This document shows positions 9,900-20,275 of a stretch of 64,000 nt of DNA, in pieces. A program made the position numbers and the translations under genes. Source of the stretch: Candidatus Latescibacterota bacterium (lineage in GTDB: Bacteria > Latescibacterota > UBA2968 > UBA8231); assembly GCA_965223905.1 (NCBI GenBank), contig CBDCXV010000011.1, positions 608,001 through 672,000 on the forward strand, given 5' to 3'. How positions within the stretch are numbered: the stretch's first letter is position 1; every line of letters starts with the position of its first letter. The notes under the pieces were generated by a model. It had not been told where the DNA came from and did not search any database. It was given only the letters and a program-made list of their open reading frames with translations.

Positions 9900-11222
9900 T
9901 CACTCCTCCTTTTCGGGATCAATGCTGCTGCCGTTGCGGATGCGGTCGTAGAAGGCGATCAGCTTCCGGGACTCGAGCCCCCAGTTGTAGCGCTCCTCGA
10001 CCAGGGCCCGGCCCCGGTGTCCCTTTTCTGCCGCGGCGGCAGGAGCTTCCAGCAGTCGCGCGATCTCCCGCGCGTGAGCCGCCGGATCCGACGGGTCGGC
10101 GATCGCTCCCCAGTCCCCCTCCTCGTAGAAGGCCCTGATGGAAGGCAGGTCGCTGGCGACCACCGGGATTCCGCAGGCAAGGTACTCGAAAAGCTTGGTA
10201 GGGATGAAGGGAGCGAGGTTCTTCACGGAAACCTGGCCGGGAATCAAGCCGATCCGGTGGCGCCGGATCTCCTGCCCGAGACGGTCGTAGGGGACCAGCT
10301 CCTGCTGGCAGAGGATGCGGTTCTGCAGACCGCAGGTTTCCAGGCGGCCGCGGAAGTTCGCCTCGTCCTGCCCGGTGTGGAAGCGGCCGATGGCGCGCAG
10401 CCGGACCCCGGGATGCGTCTTCCCGAGCTCGCGCATGACGTCGACGAGGAAATCGCTGCCGCGGTCGGCCGACAGGGATCCGAGGTGAAGGAGCTCGCAC
10501 TCCTCCGGATGTCCGCTCTCGGCGAGGCGGCCGTTGGCTTGGAACCATTCGAGGCGGGGAAAGTTCTTCACCGCGGCGAACGGCCGGTGGCCGAACCTGC
10601 TCCCCTGTTCCTCGACCACCCCGAGCACGCCGCTGAGATGCCTTGCAATGAAGCGCTCCAGGCGGTCGAGGGCGGCCGCTAGCGAACCGCGAAGCATTCC
10701 GGGGACCCAGCGGCGAACGTACGCCGTCTGGGGGAAATGCTCGTGGCAGTCGTAGATGACCTCGCTCCCCATCAGGCGCAACAGCAGCCCGAGCGGCAGC
10801 AGCTCGGGATCGTGGAAGTGGTAGATGTCGGCGCGCATCGAAGCGGCCTTGCGGAACAGCCTGAGGGCGTTGCCGAGGCGCCCGGAAAACCCGCGGCCCC
10901 GCGGAACGGTCACCACCCGCACTCCCTCGCGCACCCCCTCCATGTCGCGAGAACCCGGGCCCGCCACGCAGACCTCGTACCCGGCTGCAGCCAGGCTGAA
11001 GGCCTCCTTGTAGTAGATACGCTGGTCCAGCGGGCTGTGCACGTTGGTCAGCTGGCAAACCTTGGCCGCCCGTTGAAAATGTCCATCTGGGCTACGGGCC
11101 CTGACGGCCTCGGACCCTTCGGCTACGGAACGCTCGGAAGGGCCTTCCGTAGCCGGCGTTGCGCCCCCTCCCCGGATCCCCTGCGATTCGACCCGGTTGC
11201 GCGCCTTGTCTTCGGCGGCCAT
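9900..11222 (-). CDS. Glycosyltransferase family 4 (GT-B); N-terminal ~53 aa encoded by a MITE-like repeat
   Basis: KVCQLTNVHSPLDQRIYYKEA, ADIYHFHDPELL, IYDCHE, PTKLFEYLACGIPVVASDLP. Start position uncertain. Confidence 0.9.
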   Translation of the reverse strand: MAAEDKARNRVESQGIRGGGATPATEGPSERSVAEGSEAVRARSPDGHFQRAAKVCQLTNVHSPLDQRIYYKEAFSLAAAGYEVCVAGPGSRDMEGVREGVRVVTVPRGRGFSGRLGNALRLFRKAASMRADIYHFHDPELLPLGLLLRLMGSEVIYDCHEHFPQTAYVRRWVPGMLRGSLAAALDRLERFIARHLSGVLGVVEEQGSRFGHRPFAAVKNFPRLEWFQANGRLAESGHPEECELLHLGSLSADRGSDFLVDVMRELGKTHPGVRLRAIGRFHTGQDEANFRGRLETCGLQNRILCQQELVPYDRLGQEIRRHRIGLIPGQVSVKNLAPFIPTKLFEYLACGIPVVASDLPSIRAFYEEGDWGAIADPSDPAAHAREIARLLEAPAAAAEKGHRGRALVEERYNWGLESRKLIAFYDRIRNGSSIDPEKEE

Positions 11223-11264
11223 GACCCGGCCTCGCCTGCAGAGCAACTTAATCAATGGGCTGTC
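11064..11264. mobile_element. MITE-like repeat, copy 1 (~200 bp)
   Basis: Aligns end to end with 21463-21668. Left end ggccgcccgttgaaaatgtccatctgggct; core gatcccctgcgattcgacccggttgcgcgccttgtc; right end atcaatgggctgtc is an imperfect inverted repeat of the left end. Confidence 0.7.
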
Positions 11265-11998
11265 AGTTCCTCGCACTCTCCAGCACCCTTCGCGCGTACT
11301 CCGCTCCGCAGTTGAACAGCAGGTCGAGGGCGGTCAAGTTGGCTTCGAAACCGGGAAAGCACTGGCGGTACTCCGGGTGCTCGAAATCGACGAACCTCAG
11401 CTCGACGCCGGCCTCGGCGAAGCAGGACTCCTCAAGGTAGCGCCCGCGAGCCCCCTGCGCCGGCGAGATAGACGTCGCAGCCGCAGGCGAGCGCCATGTC
11501 GGCGAGCCGCTCGCTCCGTTCCCGGCGCAGCTCCATGCTCGAGCTCAGCCGCGCCTCCACCTCGATGCCGAGTTGGCCCCGAAGGAAATCGCAGAGGGCG
11601 ACGTTGACGTCGACGAGGTGGCGCCACCGCGTCTCCGCATAGAAGCTCGCCAGGAAAGGCGCGAAGTCGTCGAAATGGGCACTGCTGCGGTAGTTCCACT
11701 CCAGGGTCCTCCAATGCTTCGACTGCCAGTTCGAGCCGTTGGTTTCCACCTGCCGGATCTGCTGCCCCCCTTTCCTCCTGGTCCTGACCGGGACCGTCAG
11801 CCACTGCCATCCCCCGGCGGTGCGCACCCGCACCCGGTTCGTGTACCCGTGCTTGCTGAACTGAACGTCGTCGGCGAGGACCCATACGTCGGCCTGCGCG
11901 ACCCTGTGAAAGAGGCCGAGCCAGGGCAGGTAGTTGGGCTGGTGGGCGGTGAGAACACGGCTTCCGCCCACCCGGCGCCCGCTTCCGGCAGGGCTCAT
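11263..11998 (-). CDS. WbqC-like family protein; frameshift near 11444
   Basis: AHQPNYLPWLGLFHRV..ADVWVLADDVQF..GYTNR, WLTVPV. After an apparent extra G the frame continues YLEESCFAEAGVELRFVDFEHPEYRQCFPGFEANLTALDLLFNCG to TGA at 11263-11265. Confidence 0.85.
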
Positions 11999-12633
11999 GG
12001 CAGGACCCACCGCAACACGTCGAAGGCCTCGGCGTATTGGACGGAGATCTGGACCCCGCGGCTTCTCGCCCAGCTCCAGATGAAATCCTCATCGCTGTAT
12101 GGCCGGGATTGCTGAGACCGGTAGCACCTGAGCGCCGCGACCTTGGTGCCGACGTGGCGGCGCTGGAGCACGACGAAATGGCGGCAGTCGAAGCTGATGT
12201 TGTTCCAGGGAAGCTCGTACGCCAGCACAGTCTCCATCTTGAAGGCGCGCAGGCCCTCCATGTAGACAGTCTGGTGATCCTGGTGCAGGTCGTGGCTGCT
12301 GGGGAGAAATACGGTCGAGGGTCGCAGGTCCCGCCGCAGACGCACCAGCTCTTCGAGGATCTCCTGGCGGACGTGCGGGAGGTGGCGGACACGGTACTTG
12401 TAGACCAGCAGGTTTTCGCTGGCGATCCCGAGCGCGCGCGTGCCTTCCCTCACCTCGGTCTCCAGGACGTCGGGTGGAAACTCCGCAGGCACCGACTCCT
12501 CCGCGGTCGAGAAGGCGGCATAGAAAACCTGGCGCCCCTCCTCGATCAGGCGGCTGATCGTGCCGCCGCAGCCGAATTCGCCGTCGTCGGTGTGCGGGGC
12601 GAGCACCAGGACGCGGTTGTTATCCTCCGGCAC
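11995..12633 (-). CDS. PIG-L/LmbE family deacetylase
   Basis: VLVLAPHTDDGEFGCGGT and DLHQDH zinc motifs; GTG at 12633 preceded by AGGAGG. Confidence 0.9.
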   Translation of the reverse strand: MPEDNNRVLVLAPHTDDGEFGCGGTISRLIEEGRQVFYAAFSTAEESVPAEFPPDVLETEVREGTRALGIASENLLVYKYRVRHLPHVRQEILEELVRLRRDLRPSTVFLPSSHDLHQDHQTVYMEGLRAFKMETVLAYELPWNNISFDCRHFVVLQRRHVGTKVAALRCYRSQQSRPYSDEDFIWSWARSRGVQISVQYAEAFDVLRWVLP

Positions 12634-13216
12634 GATCTGTCTCCTCCTTGCCGGCGTCAATCCCGAAGACGCGATAGACCGCCTCGACGACGTCGTCGAG
12701 GTAGTGCACGGCCGGTCCCGGAAGCGAGGATTCGCCGATCAACCTTGGGAGGTTGAGCATGAGGCCGGTGAAATGGCAGACAGCCAGCTTCGGATCGATC
12801 TCGTCGATCTCCCCTGCAGCGGCCGCCTCCTCGATCAAGCCGGTCAACATCTGCCCCTGCCGCGCAGCGACCTCCCGGATCTCCGGTGGGAAATCGTGAT
12901 CCTTGAGCAGGACGTAGGAAAAAGCATCGGGGAAGCGGTCGAAATACTCGAAAGTCATCTGTATCCAGGACCGGAATTTGGATGGTATCGATCCAGGGCC
13001 ATGAACAATCTCCTGTTTCTGCTCCGCCATCTCGGCGACGATCTGACAGTACGCCGCCTGGCACAGCTCCTCCTTGCTGGAGAAGTGGCGGTATATCGCC
13101 CCCTCGGTGACTCCGGCCTCCGCGGCGATACCCCGGACGGTGGAACCGCTGACCCCGTGCCGGGCCGCTTCCCGGATGGTAGCGGCGATGATTTCATTCC
13201 TTCGGTTCGGTCGCAT
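12620..13216 (-). CDS. TetR/AcrR family transcriptional regulator
   Basis: HTH: GSTVRGIAAEAGVTEGAIYRHFSSKEEL. Confidence 0.92.
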   Translation of the reverse strand: MRPNRRNEIIAATIREAARHGVSGSTVRGIAAEAGVTEGAIYRHFSSKEELCQAAYCQIVAEMAEQKQEIVHGPGSIPSKFRSWIQMTFEYFDRFPDAFSYVLLKDHDFPPEIREVAARQGQMLTGLIEEAAAAGEIDEIDPKLAVCHFTGLMLNLPRLIGESSLPGPAVHYLDDVVEAVYRVFGIDAGKEETDRAGG

Positions 13217-13218
13217 CT

Positions 13219-13242
13219 GTAAGTAAACAATAACTTACTTAC
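13219..13242. promoter_or_regulatory. Putative TetR operator (8-8-8 inverted repeat)
   Basis: GTAAGTAA-acaataac-TTACTTAC, a perfect 8-bp inverted repeat in an AT-rich patch 2 nt upstream of the tetR start codon. Confidence 0.7.
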
Positions 13243-13282
13243 TTGGAAGGTGTAAAGAAGGCCAGTCCGGGATCCCTGTTCT

Positions 13283-14401
13283 TCAGTCGAGAGCCCGCAC
13301 CAGGGACTCGCAGACCAGGTCCACTTCCTCGAGGCTCATGCCGGTGTGCAGCGGCAGGGTCAGGGTTCTCGAAAGGATCTCCTCCGCCACCGGACAGTGG
13401 GCCCGGATCTCCCCCGACTGTCCGGCGAAATACGGCTCGAGGTGGCACGGGGGCCAGTAGATGCTTCCCGTGGCAATCCCCTGGGCGGAGAGGGCCGCGG
13501 TCATGCGGTCGCGCCGCATCCCAGGAGGCAGGACCACGGGGAGCTTGTAGTGCGAGTGAACCTGGTTCTCCGGGGTAGCGATCAGCCGGATGTCCTTCCG
13601 GCTTCCGAGCCGTTGCCGGTAGCGATCGGCGAGACGGGCGCGCCTGGCGATGATCTCATCGAGCTTGCGCAGCTGGCTCAGGCCGAGAGCCGCGCTGAGC
13701 TCGGGGAGGCGGTAGTTGCTGCCGAGCCGCACGATGCTGCGGCTGTCCGCGGCCTGCCCGTGGGAGCGGAAGCTGCGCGCGAAGGCAGCCAGTTCGGGAT
13801 CGTTCGTCGTCAGCATCCCCCCTTCCCCGCTGGTCATCACCTTGGAGGGGTAGAAGCTGAAGGAGGCGGCATCGGCGAGGGCTCCGGCGGCGCGGTCCCC
13901 GATCCGGGAACCGTGAGCGTGGGCGGCGTCCTCGAGCAGGAAGAGGGAGTTGGCGCGGCACCAGGCGGAGATGTCGTCGATGCCGGGCACGATCAGCCCG
14001 GCCAGGTGAACGGCGATGACTGCACGGGTCCGACCGGTCAGCAGCCCATCGACCTCCCCCAGGCCGCTGCAGAGGGTCGACGGGTCGAGATCGGCGAAGA
14101 CCGGGGTTCCCCCGGCGAGAATCACGGCGTTGGCGGTGGCTGCGAAGGTGTTGGTCGGTACGATCACTTCGCCCCCCTCGACGCCGAAATAGCGCAGGGC
14201 TACCTCCAGGGGGGCGGTGCCGGAACTCATGCCGACGGCGTGGGCTACCCCCACGTACTCGGAAAACGCGCGTTCGAAGCGGTCGAGGAACTGCCCCTGT
14301 GTCAGCCTGCCGCCAGCCAGGATGGCGCGGAAGTCCTGGAGGAGACCTTCGATGTCCGCGGCGTAAAGGCTCGGACTGCCCTTGTCGATCCTGTGAGTCA
14401 T
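13283..14401 (-). CDS. DegT/DnrJ/EryC1/StrS family PLP-dependent sugar aminotransferase
   Basis: SSGTAPLE, EVIVPTNTFAATANAV, LLEDAAHAHG, FSFYPSKVMTSGEGG, GSNYRLPEL. Confidence 0.92.
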   Translation of the reverse strand: MTHRIDKGSPSLYAADIEGLLQDFRAILAGGRLTQGQFLDRFERAFSEYVGVAHAVGMSSGTAPLEVALRYFGVEGGEVIVPTNTFAATANAVILAGGTPVFADLDPSTLCSGLGEVDGLLTGRTRAVIAVHLAGLIVPGIDDISAWCRANSLFLLEDAAHAHGSRIGDRAAGALADAASFSFYPSKVMTSGEGGMLTTNDPELAAFARSFRSHGQAADSRSIVRLGSNYRLPELSAALGLSQLRKLDEIIARRARLADRYRQRLGSRKDIRLIATPENQVHSHYKLPVVLPPGMRRDRMTAALSAQGIATGSIYWPPCHLEPYFAGQSGEIRAHCPVAEEILSRTLTLPLHTGMSLEEVDLVCESLVRALD

Positions 14402-14506
14402 CGATTTCCCGGTCCTTACGTCGCAACCTCCCGGGCGGTCCCCCGATGCCATCGGCACGGGTCGCAAACCCCGGTAGCGGCATCCGGCCATCCGGCGAAA
14501 ACTGCT

Positions 14507-14536
14507 TTGACAGGCTCCAACCGACCTCCATATAAT
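14507..14536 (+). promoter_or_regulatory. Sigma70-type promoter upstream of ispG
   Basis: TTGACA (14507-14512), 18-nt spacer, TATAAT (14531-14536). Confidence 0.7.
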
Positions 14537-14582
14537 CCCCAGAGCGAACGGCGCTTACTTCCCAGGAACCTGGAAGTCCAAC

Positions 14583-15725
14583 ATGACCACCCCGCCCCAG
14601 CGCAACCCGACGAGGACGGTGCGGATCGGCAGCACCGCGATCGGCAACGGCCATCCGATCGCCGTTCAGAGCATGGCGGCGACGCGGACCCAGGACATCG
14701 AGGCCACGACGAGGCAGGTCCGGCTCCTCGAGAAGGCCGGCGCCGACATCATACGGGTGGCCATCGACAGCCGCAAAGACGCCGAGGCCCTGACCCGCAT
14801 AGCTGGCGAGACCGACACCCCGCTGTCCGTCGACCTTCAGGAGAACTACCGCCTGGCGACCGCGGTCGCCCCGCACCTGCAGAAAATCCGCTACAACCCG
14901 GGCCACCTGTATCACCACGAGACCGAGCGGCCGGTGCGGGACAAGGTCGCCTTTCTCGCCGACACCGCGGCAGGGAACGACTGCGCGATTCGCGTCGGCG
15001 TCAACTGCGGCTCCGTCGACCCGGAGCAGGTCGCCCGCTTCGACGCGGAGGATTCGATCTCGCCGATGCTCGCCTCCGCCTTCGAGCACTGCGAGATGCT
15101 CGACGACCTCGGCTTCACCCGCTACTGCGTGTCCCTGAAGGATTCCGACCCCAACAAGGTCATCGAAGCCAACAAGCGGTTCGCCGCACAACGCCCCGAC
15201 GTGCCCCTCCACCTCGGGGTCACCGAGGCCGGCATGCCCCCCGACGGCATCATCAAGACCCGCATCGCCTTCGAGCAGCTGATCTCGCGGGGCATCGGGG
15301 ACACGATCCGCGTTTCCCTGACGCTGCCCTTCGACGACAAGGGTGAGGAAATTCGCGTCGGCAGGCAGATCCTCGACGACATCGCCAACGGCCGCTTCCG
15401 CTCCGTTCCGGAATTCCGGCCCGAGGGGTTGAACATCATCTCCTGTCCTTCCTGCTCCCGCGTCGAGAACAACGCCTTCGTCGATCTCGCCCTCAAGGTC
15501 CGCGAAGTCACGGCGTACGCCGAGCGCCACTCCATCACCATTGCCGTGATGGGCTGCCGCGTCAACGGACCCGGAGAGACAGACGACGCCGATCTCGGGC
15601 TCTGGTGCGCACCGACCTTCGTGAATCTCAAGCGCGGCCCGGAGCTGATCGGGCGCTTCTCCTACGACGAGGTTCTCGACCGTCTCACCTCCGAGGTCGA
15701 CAGACTGATCGAGTCGGCAGGCTGA
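14583..15725 (+). CDS. ispG: (E)-4-hydroxy-3-methylbut-2-enyl-diphosphate synthase
   Basis: [62 protein letters not shown]. Confidence 0.96.
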   Translation: MTTPPQRNPTRTVRIGSTAIGNGHPIAVQSMAATRTQDIEATTRQVRLLEKAGADIIRVAIDSRKDAEALTRIAGETDTPLSVDLQENYRLATAVAPHLQKIRYNPGHLYHHETERPVRDKVAFLADTAAGNDCAIRVGVNCGSVDPEQVARFDAEDSISPMLASAFEHCEMLDDLGFTRYCVSLKDSDPNKVIEANKRFAAQRPDVPLHLGVTEAGMPPDGIIKTRIAFEQLISRGIGDTIRVSLTLPFDDKGEEIRVGRQILDDIANGRFRSVPEFRPEGLNIISCPSCSRVENNAFVDLALKVREVTAYAERHSITIAVMGCRVNGPGETDDADLGLWCAPTFVNLKRGPELIGRFSYDEVLDRLTSEVDRLIESAG

Positions 15726-15931
15726 CAGGGCCGCTGACCTTCCTGCGGCCCCAACCCCTGGCATCTTCTTCGGCCTGCATGCCGGGCGGTATTCGCTCGC
15801 TGAATGGCTTGCCGGAAATTCCTCGACCGGCCACCTTGTCCCCCCTTTAACCGGACCCCAACGACGGGCGGCATCTTGCGGCCATTGACGATTGGAGCCG
15901 CGGCGATTGAGAAGCCAGAAAGGAGCCGATT

Positions 15932-16660
15932 GTGAAATCAGGTGAAGTCAGACTCTGGAAGCTGACCCGCAAGCAGGTGCGCGAGCGCCTCGCCTCCGGG
16001 GAGCTGAGAGGGGCACTGCTGCCGACGGGAAGCACCGAGCAGCACAACGAGCACCTCGCGATGGAGCACGACACGGCGAGCGCCGTGTACGTCGCCCACC
16101 AGGCCGCCCTGGCGCTGTACCCGTCGGTGGTCGTGGCGACGCCGATTCCCGTCGGCATTTCCGAACACTGGATGGAGTGGAAGGGCACCCTGAGTCTGCG
16201 CCGCGAAACCTTCGCCGCGGTCGCCTTCGACATCTGCGAGAGCCTGCAGCGCCACGGCATCGAGCACATCATGATCGTCAACGGCCACGCCGGCAACGGA
16301 CCGCTTCGGGAGCACATGGAGGAGTTCCGGGAGAAGCTGGGTATCGACGTCGAGTTCTGCTCCTACTGGGAGTCGTACCCGCCCGAGTTCGTCGCCGAGC
16401 ATCTCGAGTCGGGGGACTGCCCCGCCCACGCCGCCGAGTTCGAGACCTCTATGGCGATGGCGGCCTTTCCCGAAAACGTGCACTGGGAGGACGTCGACTA
16501 CGACCGCGAGCGGTTCGACATCAAGGCCGACAACTACCGGGACAAGGATCCGATCTACTACCGGGCGGCCCGCGACCTGGCGACCGCCCACAAGGGCAGG
16601 GTGGTCTCCGACTACGCCATCGAATGGGTGGCGGGAAAGATGAAGTCGATCTGTTCCTGA
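15932..16660 (+). CDS. Creatininase / creatinine amidohydrolase family protein
   Basis: LPTGSTEQHNEHL..D, GISEH, VNGHAGN, HAAEFETS. Confidence 0.88.
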   Translation: MKSGEVRLWKLTRKQVRERLASGELRGALLPTGSTEQHNEHLAMEHDTASAVYVAHQAALALYPSVVVATPIPVGISEHWMEWKGTLSLRRETFAAVAFDICESLQRHGIEHIMIVNGHAGNGPLREHMEEFREKLGIDVEFCSYWESYPPEFVAEHLESGDCPAHAAEFETSMAMAAFPENVHWEDVDYDRERFDIKADNYRDKDPIYYRAARDLATAHKGRVVSDYAIEWVAGKMKSICS

Positions 16661-16697
16661 ACAGCTCCCCGAAAAGCGGAAAGGCAGACGATCTGCG

Positions 16698-17447
16698 ATG
16701 AAAGAGATTTCCCCGATAAGCGAGGCCTTGGCCGCGGGCAGGCCTTCGGTCGGATCCTGGCTCAACATGGCCTCCCCCCTGGCGGCCGAAGTCATGGCCG
16801 CGGCGGGGTACCCGTGGCTGTGCGTCGATGCCGAGCACGGCCCCTTCGACCTCGATTCCATCACCCACACCTTCCGCGCCATCGAAGCCCGCGGGTCCGT
16901 GCCGCTGGCGCGGGCCTGGGACCACGAGCCGGCCACCGCCGGGCGCCTTCTCGATGCCGGAGCCCTGGGAATCGTCTTTCCCCACGTCAGCACCCCGGAG
17001 CAGGCGGAAAGGCTCGCCTCCTCGGTGCGCTATCCGCCGCGCGGGCTGCGCTCCTCCGGCACCGGCCGCTGCGTCACCATGTCGCCCGACTACCGCGGCC
17101 GCTGCGACGACGTCATTCTCTGCATCCCCCAGATCGAGGACATGGAGGGGATCGAAAACAGCGAGGCGATCGCCGCGGTCGAGGGGGTCGACATCGGCTT
17201 CCTCGGCCCCGGGGATTTCGCCCTGTCGATGGGGGTCGAGGCGGGCCACCCCGATCACGAGGCGGCCCTGCAATCGTTTCGCCTGGGCTGCGAGCGCGCC
17301 GGCAAGCCGTGCGGGATACCGGTAAAAAGCGCGGTCGAAGCTCGCCGCCGGATCGCCGAGGGGTTCCTCTTCATCGACCTCAACAGCGACCTCAGGCTGC
17401 TCGAGAGCGCGGCGCGAACGGCGTATTCCGAGGCGGTCGCCCCTTGA
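16698..17447 (+). CDS. HpcH/HpaI aldolase/citrate lyase family protein
   Basis: VDAEHG, LLDAGALGIVFPHV, RYPPRGLR, QIE, FLGPGD. Confidence 0.88.
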   Translation: MKEISPISEALAAGRPSVGSWLNMASPLAAEVMAAAGYPWLCVDAEHGPFDLDSITHTFRAIEARGSVPLARAWDHEPATAGRLLDAGALGIVFPHVSTPEQAERLASSVRYPPRGLRSSGTGRCVTMSPDYRGRCDDVILCIPQIEDMEGIENSEAIAAVEGVDIGFLGPGDFALSMGVEAGHPDHEAALQSFRLGCERAGKPCGIPVKSAVEARRRIAEGFLFIDLNSDLRLLESAARTAYSEAVAP

Positions 17448-17507
17448 GCCTGCCCGTTTTCCCCTGCTGATCCCGTATCCCGGTTTCTCCGGGCCTCGAC
17501 CCGACCT

Positions 17508-18655
17508 GTGAAAATCACCCGGCTGGACGTGACCCCGATCGAGCGCCGCGGCCTGCTGCTCGAGATGCGGACCGACGAGGGGCTGGTGGGCCTGGGCTCG
17601 CCGATGAACTACGAGCACGGTCGCACGGTCGCCCGCGCCGTCCACGACATGGGGGGATTACCTGATCACAATGGGGGGATTACCTGATCGGCCGGGATCC
17701 GCGCCAGGTGGAGGATCACTGGCAGGCGCTGTTTCGCTCCAGCTACAGCCGCCAGATGCCGATCCTGCTCGCCGCCCTCAGCGGCATCGAGATGGCCTGC
17801 CTCGACATTCTGGGAAAATCGCTCGACACCCCGGTTTGGAGGCTGCTCGGGGGAAGCTGCCGCGACCGCGTCAGGGTCTACGCCGCGGCGGCTGGAACCA
17901 CGCCGGAGGAATTAGCCGCCAGCGCCAGGAAGGCGGTTCGCGAGGGGTTTTCCGCGGTCAAGCTGACTCCCTTTCCCGACCCGGTACGCTACATCGACAC
18001 CCCGGCGGCGACCGCCGCGGTGGTCAGCCGCGTCGCCGCGGTGCGCGAGGCGGTCGGGAGTGAAGTCGACGTAGCCGTCGATTTCCACCGCGCCGTGAGT
18101 CCGGCGATGGCCCGGCTCCTGCTGCGCGAGCTCGAGCCGCTCTCCCCGATGTTCGTCGAGGAGCCGGCGCATCCCGAGAACGTCGACGCCCTGCTGGAGA
18201 TCGCGCGCTCCACGACCATCCCGATAGCTACCGGCGAGCGCAACACGACGCGGTGGGGCTTTCGCGAAATCTGTGAAAAGAAGGCGGCCGCGGTGCTGCA
18301 GCCGGACATCCGCCACTGCGGCGGCATCCTCGAGATGAGGAAGATCGCCGCCTACGCCGAGGTCCACTACATCGCCCTCGCCCCCCACTCGGCTGCCGAC
18401 GCCGTCGGGGTGGCTGCTTCCATTCAGGCAGCGGCGGCGATCCCCAACCTGCTGATCCACGAGTTCGGCGGCGGTACCGGGGAGGGCCTGTTCAGGAACC
18501 CTCTCGTTTTCAACCAGGGTTACGTCGAGCTGCCCCGGGGTCCCGGGCTGGGGATCGAGATCGATCCTTCCGGGTTGGAGCGGCACAGGCTGCGGGAATG
18601 GCGGCTACGCCCCGGGCGGCGGGACCCCGGGGACGGTTCGGTCAACGACATCTGA
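17508..18655 (+). CDS. Enolase-superfamily acid-sugar dehydratase (galactonate dehydratase-like); interrupted by a ~22-bp duplication at 17647-17689
   Basis: GTG 17508 gives MKITRLDVTPIERRGLLLEMRTDEGLVGLG...; resumes YLIGRDPRQVEDHWQ...ALSGIEMACLDILGK...VDFH...FVEEP...IATGER...QPDIRHCGG...APH. Confidence 0.85.
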
Positions 18656-18799
18656 CTCCGTGTCCTGACCGGCGGAGGGCGTTGCCTCCGTTGGTCGACC
18701 CCTCGGGACGACCGGTCAGAACCTTACGAGCGGGGCGACTCGGCGGAAGGACGCAGTGATCCTCGCCCTCTTTCGTACGCATACCTAGGCGCGCAGCCA

Positions 18800-20061
18800 C
18801 TAGACGCGGGTTCCGTCGGCTACGACCGCATCCTTGGGGACGACGACGATGCCGTCTCGGATGTAGTACCCGTCCCCGTCGGCGCGTTCGACGTTGCTCT
18901 CGTTGGCGATGATCACCTTTTCCCCGATGCGGGCGTTCTTGTCGACGATGGCGCGGTGAATGACCGTGCCGGCGCCGATGCCAACCGCCGGCAGCCGGCG
19001 CGACAGGCGCCGCTCGTGATCCTGCGGCGACTCGTAATAGTCGGCCCCCATCAGAATGGTGTTGTACAAACGCGCGCCCCGGGCGATAGTGCTCCTGACG
19101 CCGATGACGGAGCGCTCGATTTCCGCCTCGCTGATCCGGCAGCCCTCGGCGACGATGCTGCGGTCGATGCGGCAATTCTCGATCCGGGAGCCGGCCAGGT
19201 AGCGCTGGTGGGTGTAGATCGGCGCGCCCGGCTTGTAGAACTCGAAGGCCGGCTCGCGGTTCGTCAACATCATGTTGGCATCGTAGAAGGCGCGGATGCT
19301 GCCGATGTCCTGCCAGTAGCCGTCGAACCTGTGGGCGAACACGGCGACCTTGCCGATGGCGTCGGGAATGATGTCCCTGCCGAAGTCATCCTCGTCGTTG
19401 GCAATCAACATGCTGGTCAGGACCGGGCATTCGAACAGGTACACGCCCATCGAGGCGAGGTACATCTCTCCCCTTGCGCGCCGCGCTCCGGGAGTCTCAG
19501 ATCGTCGAGGGCCCCCTCCGACTTCGGTTTCTCCACGAAATCGACGACGCGTCCATCCCCGTCCACCTGGAGAATTCCCAGCTCCGGGGCAGCGTGGCGG
19601 GGAACCGGTTTGACGGCGATGGTCACGTCGGCCTGCCGCTGTCTGTGCTCCTCGACGAAGGCGCGGTAATCCATACGGTAGAGATGGTCGCCCGAGAGAA
19701 TCAGGCACTCGGTTGCGTTGCGCGACATGATGCGGTGCATCTGCCTGCGCACCGCGTCCGCGTTGCCCTGGTACCAGTTGGTGTTCTCCATCGTCTGCTC
19801 GGCGGCCAGTATTTCGACGAATCCGTCGGAAAAGCTGTCAAAGCGATAGGTGGCGCTGATGTGGCGGTGGAGGGAGGCGGAGTTGAACTGGGTGAGGACG
19901 AAGATGCCCTCGACACCCGAATGCAGGCAGTTGCTGATCGGAATATCGATCAGGCGGTACTTGCAGCCGATCGGCACGGCCGGCTTCGAGCGGAACTTGG
20001 TTAGGGGAAACAGGCGCGTTCCGCGGCCCCCTCCCAGGACGATGCTGATGACCCTGTTCAC
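18800..20061 (-). CDS. glgC: Glucose-1-phosphate adenylyltransferase; frameshift near 19467
   Basis: [59 protein letters not shown] in one frame; [23 protein letters not shown] and left-handed beta-helix repeats in another. Shift falls in a GAGAGA run. Confidence 0.93.
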
Positions 20062-20275
20062 ACAATTATCCGGTGATGGTGCTCCGGCTACGCAGGGAGG
20101 AAACTCATCCCATCCCGCCAGGACCGCAAACGGGATCGGGGCCAATACCATCCCCCCGGCAGCATGCTCCGTAGTCCACTAAACCCTTGTCCTGCGACAT
20201 CGAACGGCGGTTCATGGGGAAGCGGTGGAATCGGGTCCATGAGGGGATGATCGGTTCCCGCAGCCGTGCCTGGCA

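Noticed and set aside
19440-19480. Programmed frameshifting in glgC, wbqC or the Mo-enzyme
   Set aside because: The shifts fall in short homopolymer or dinucleotide runs typical of sequencing error, with no slippery heptamer or stimulatory structure evident.
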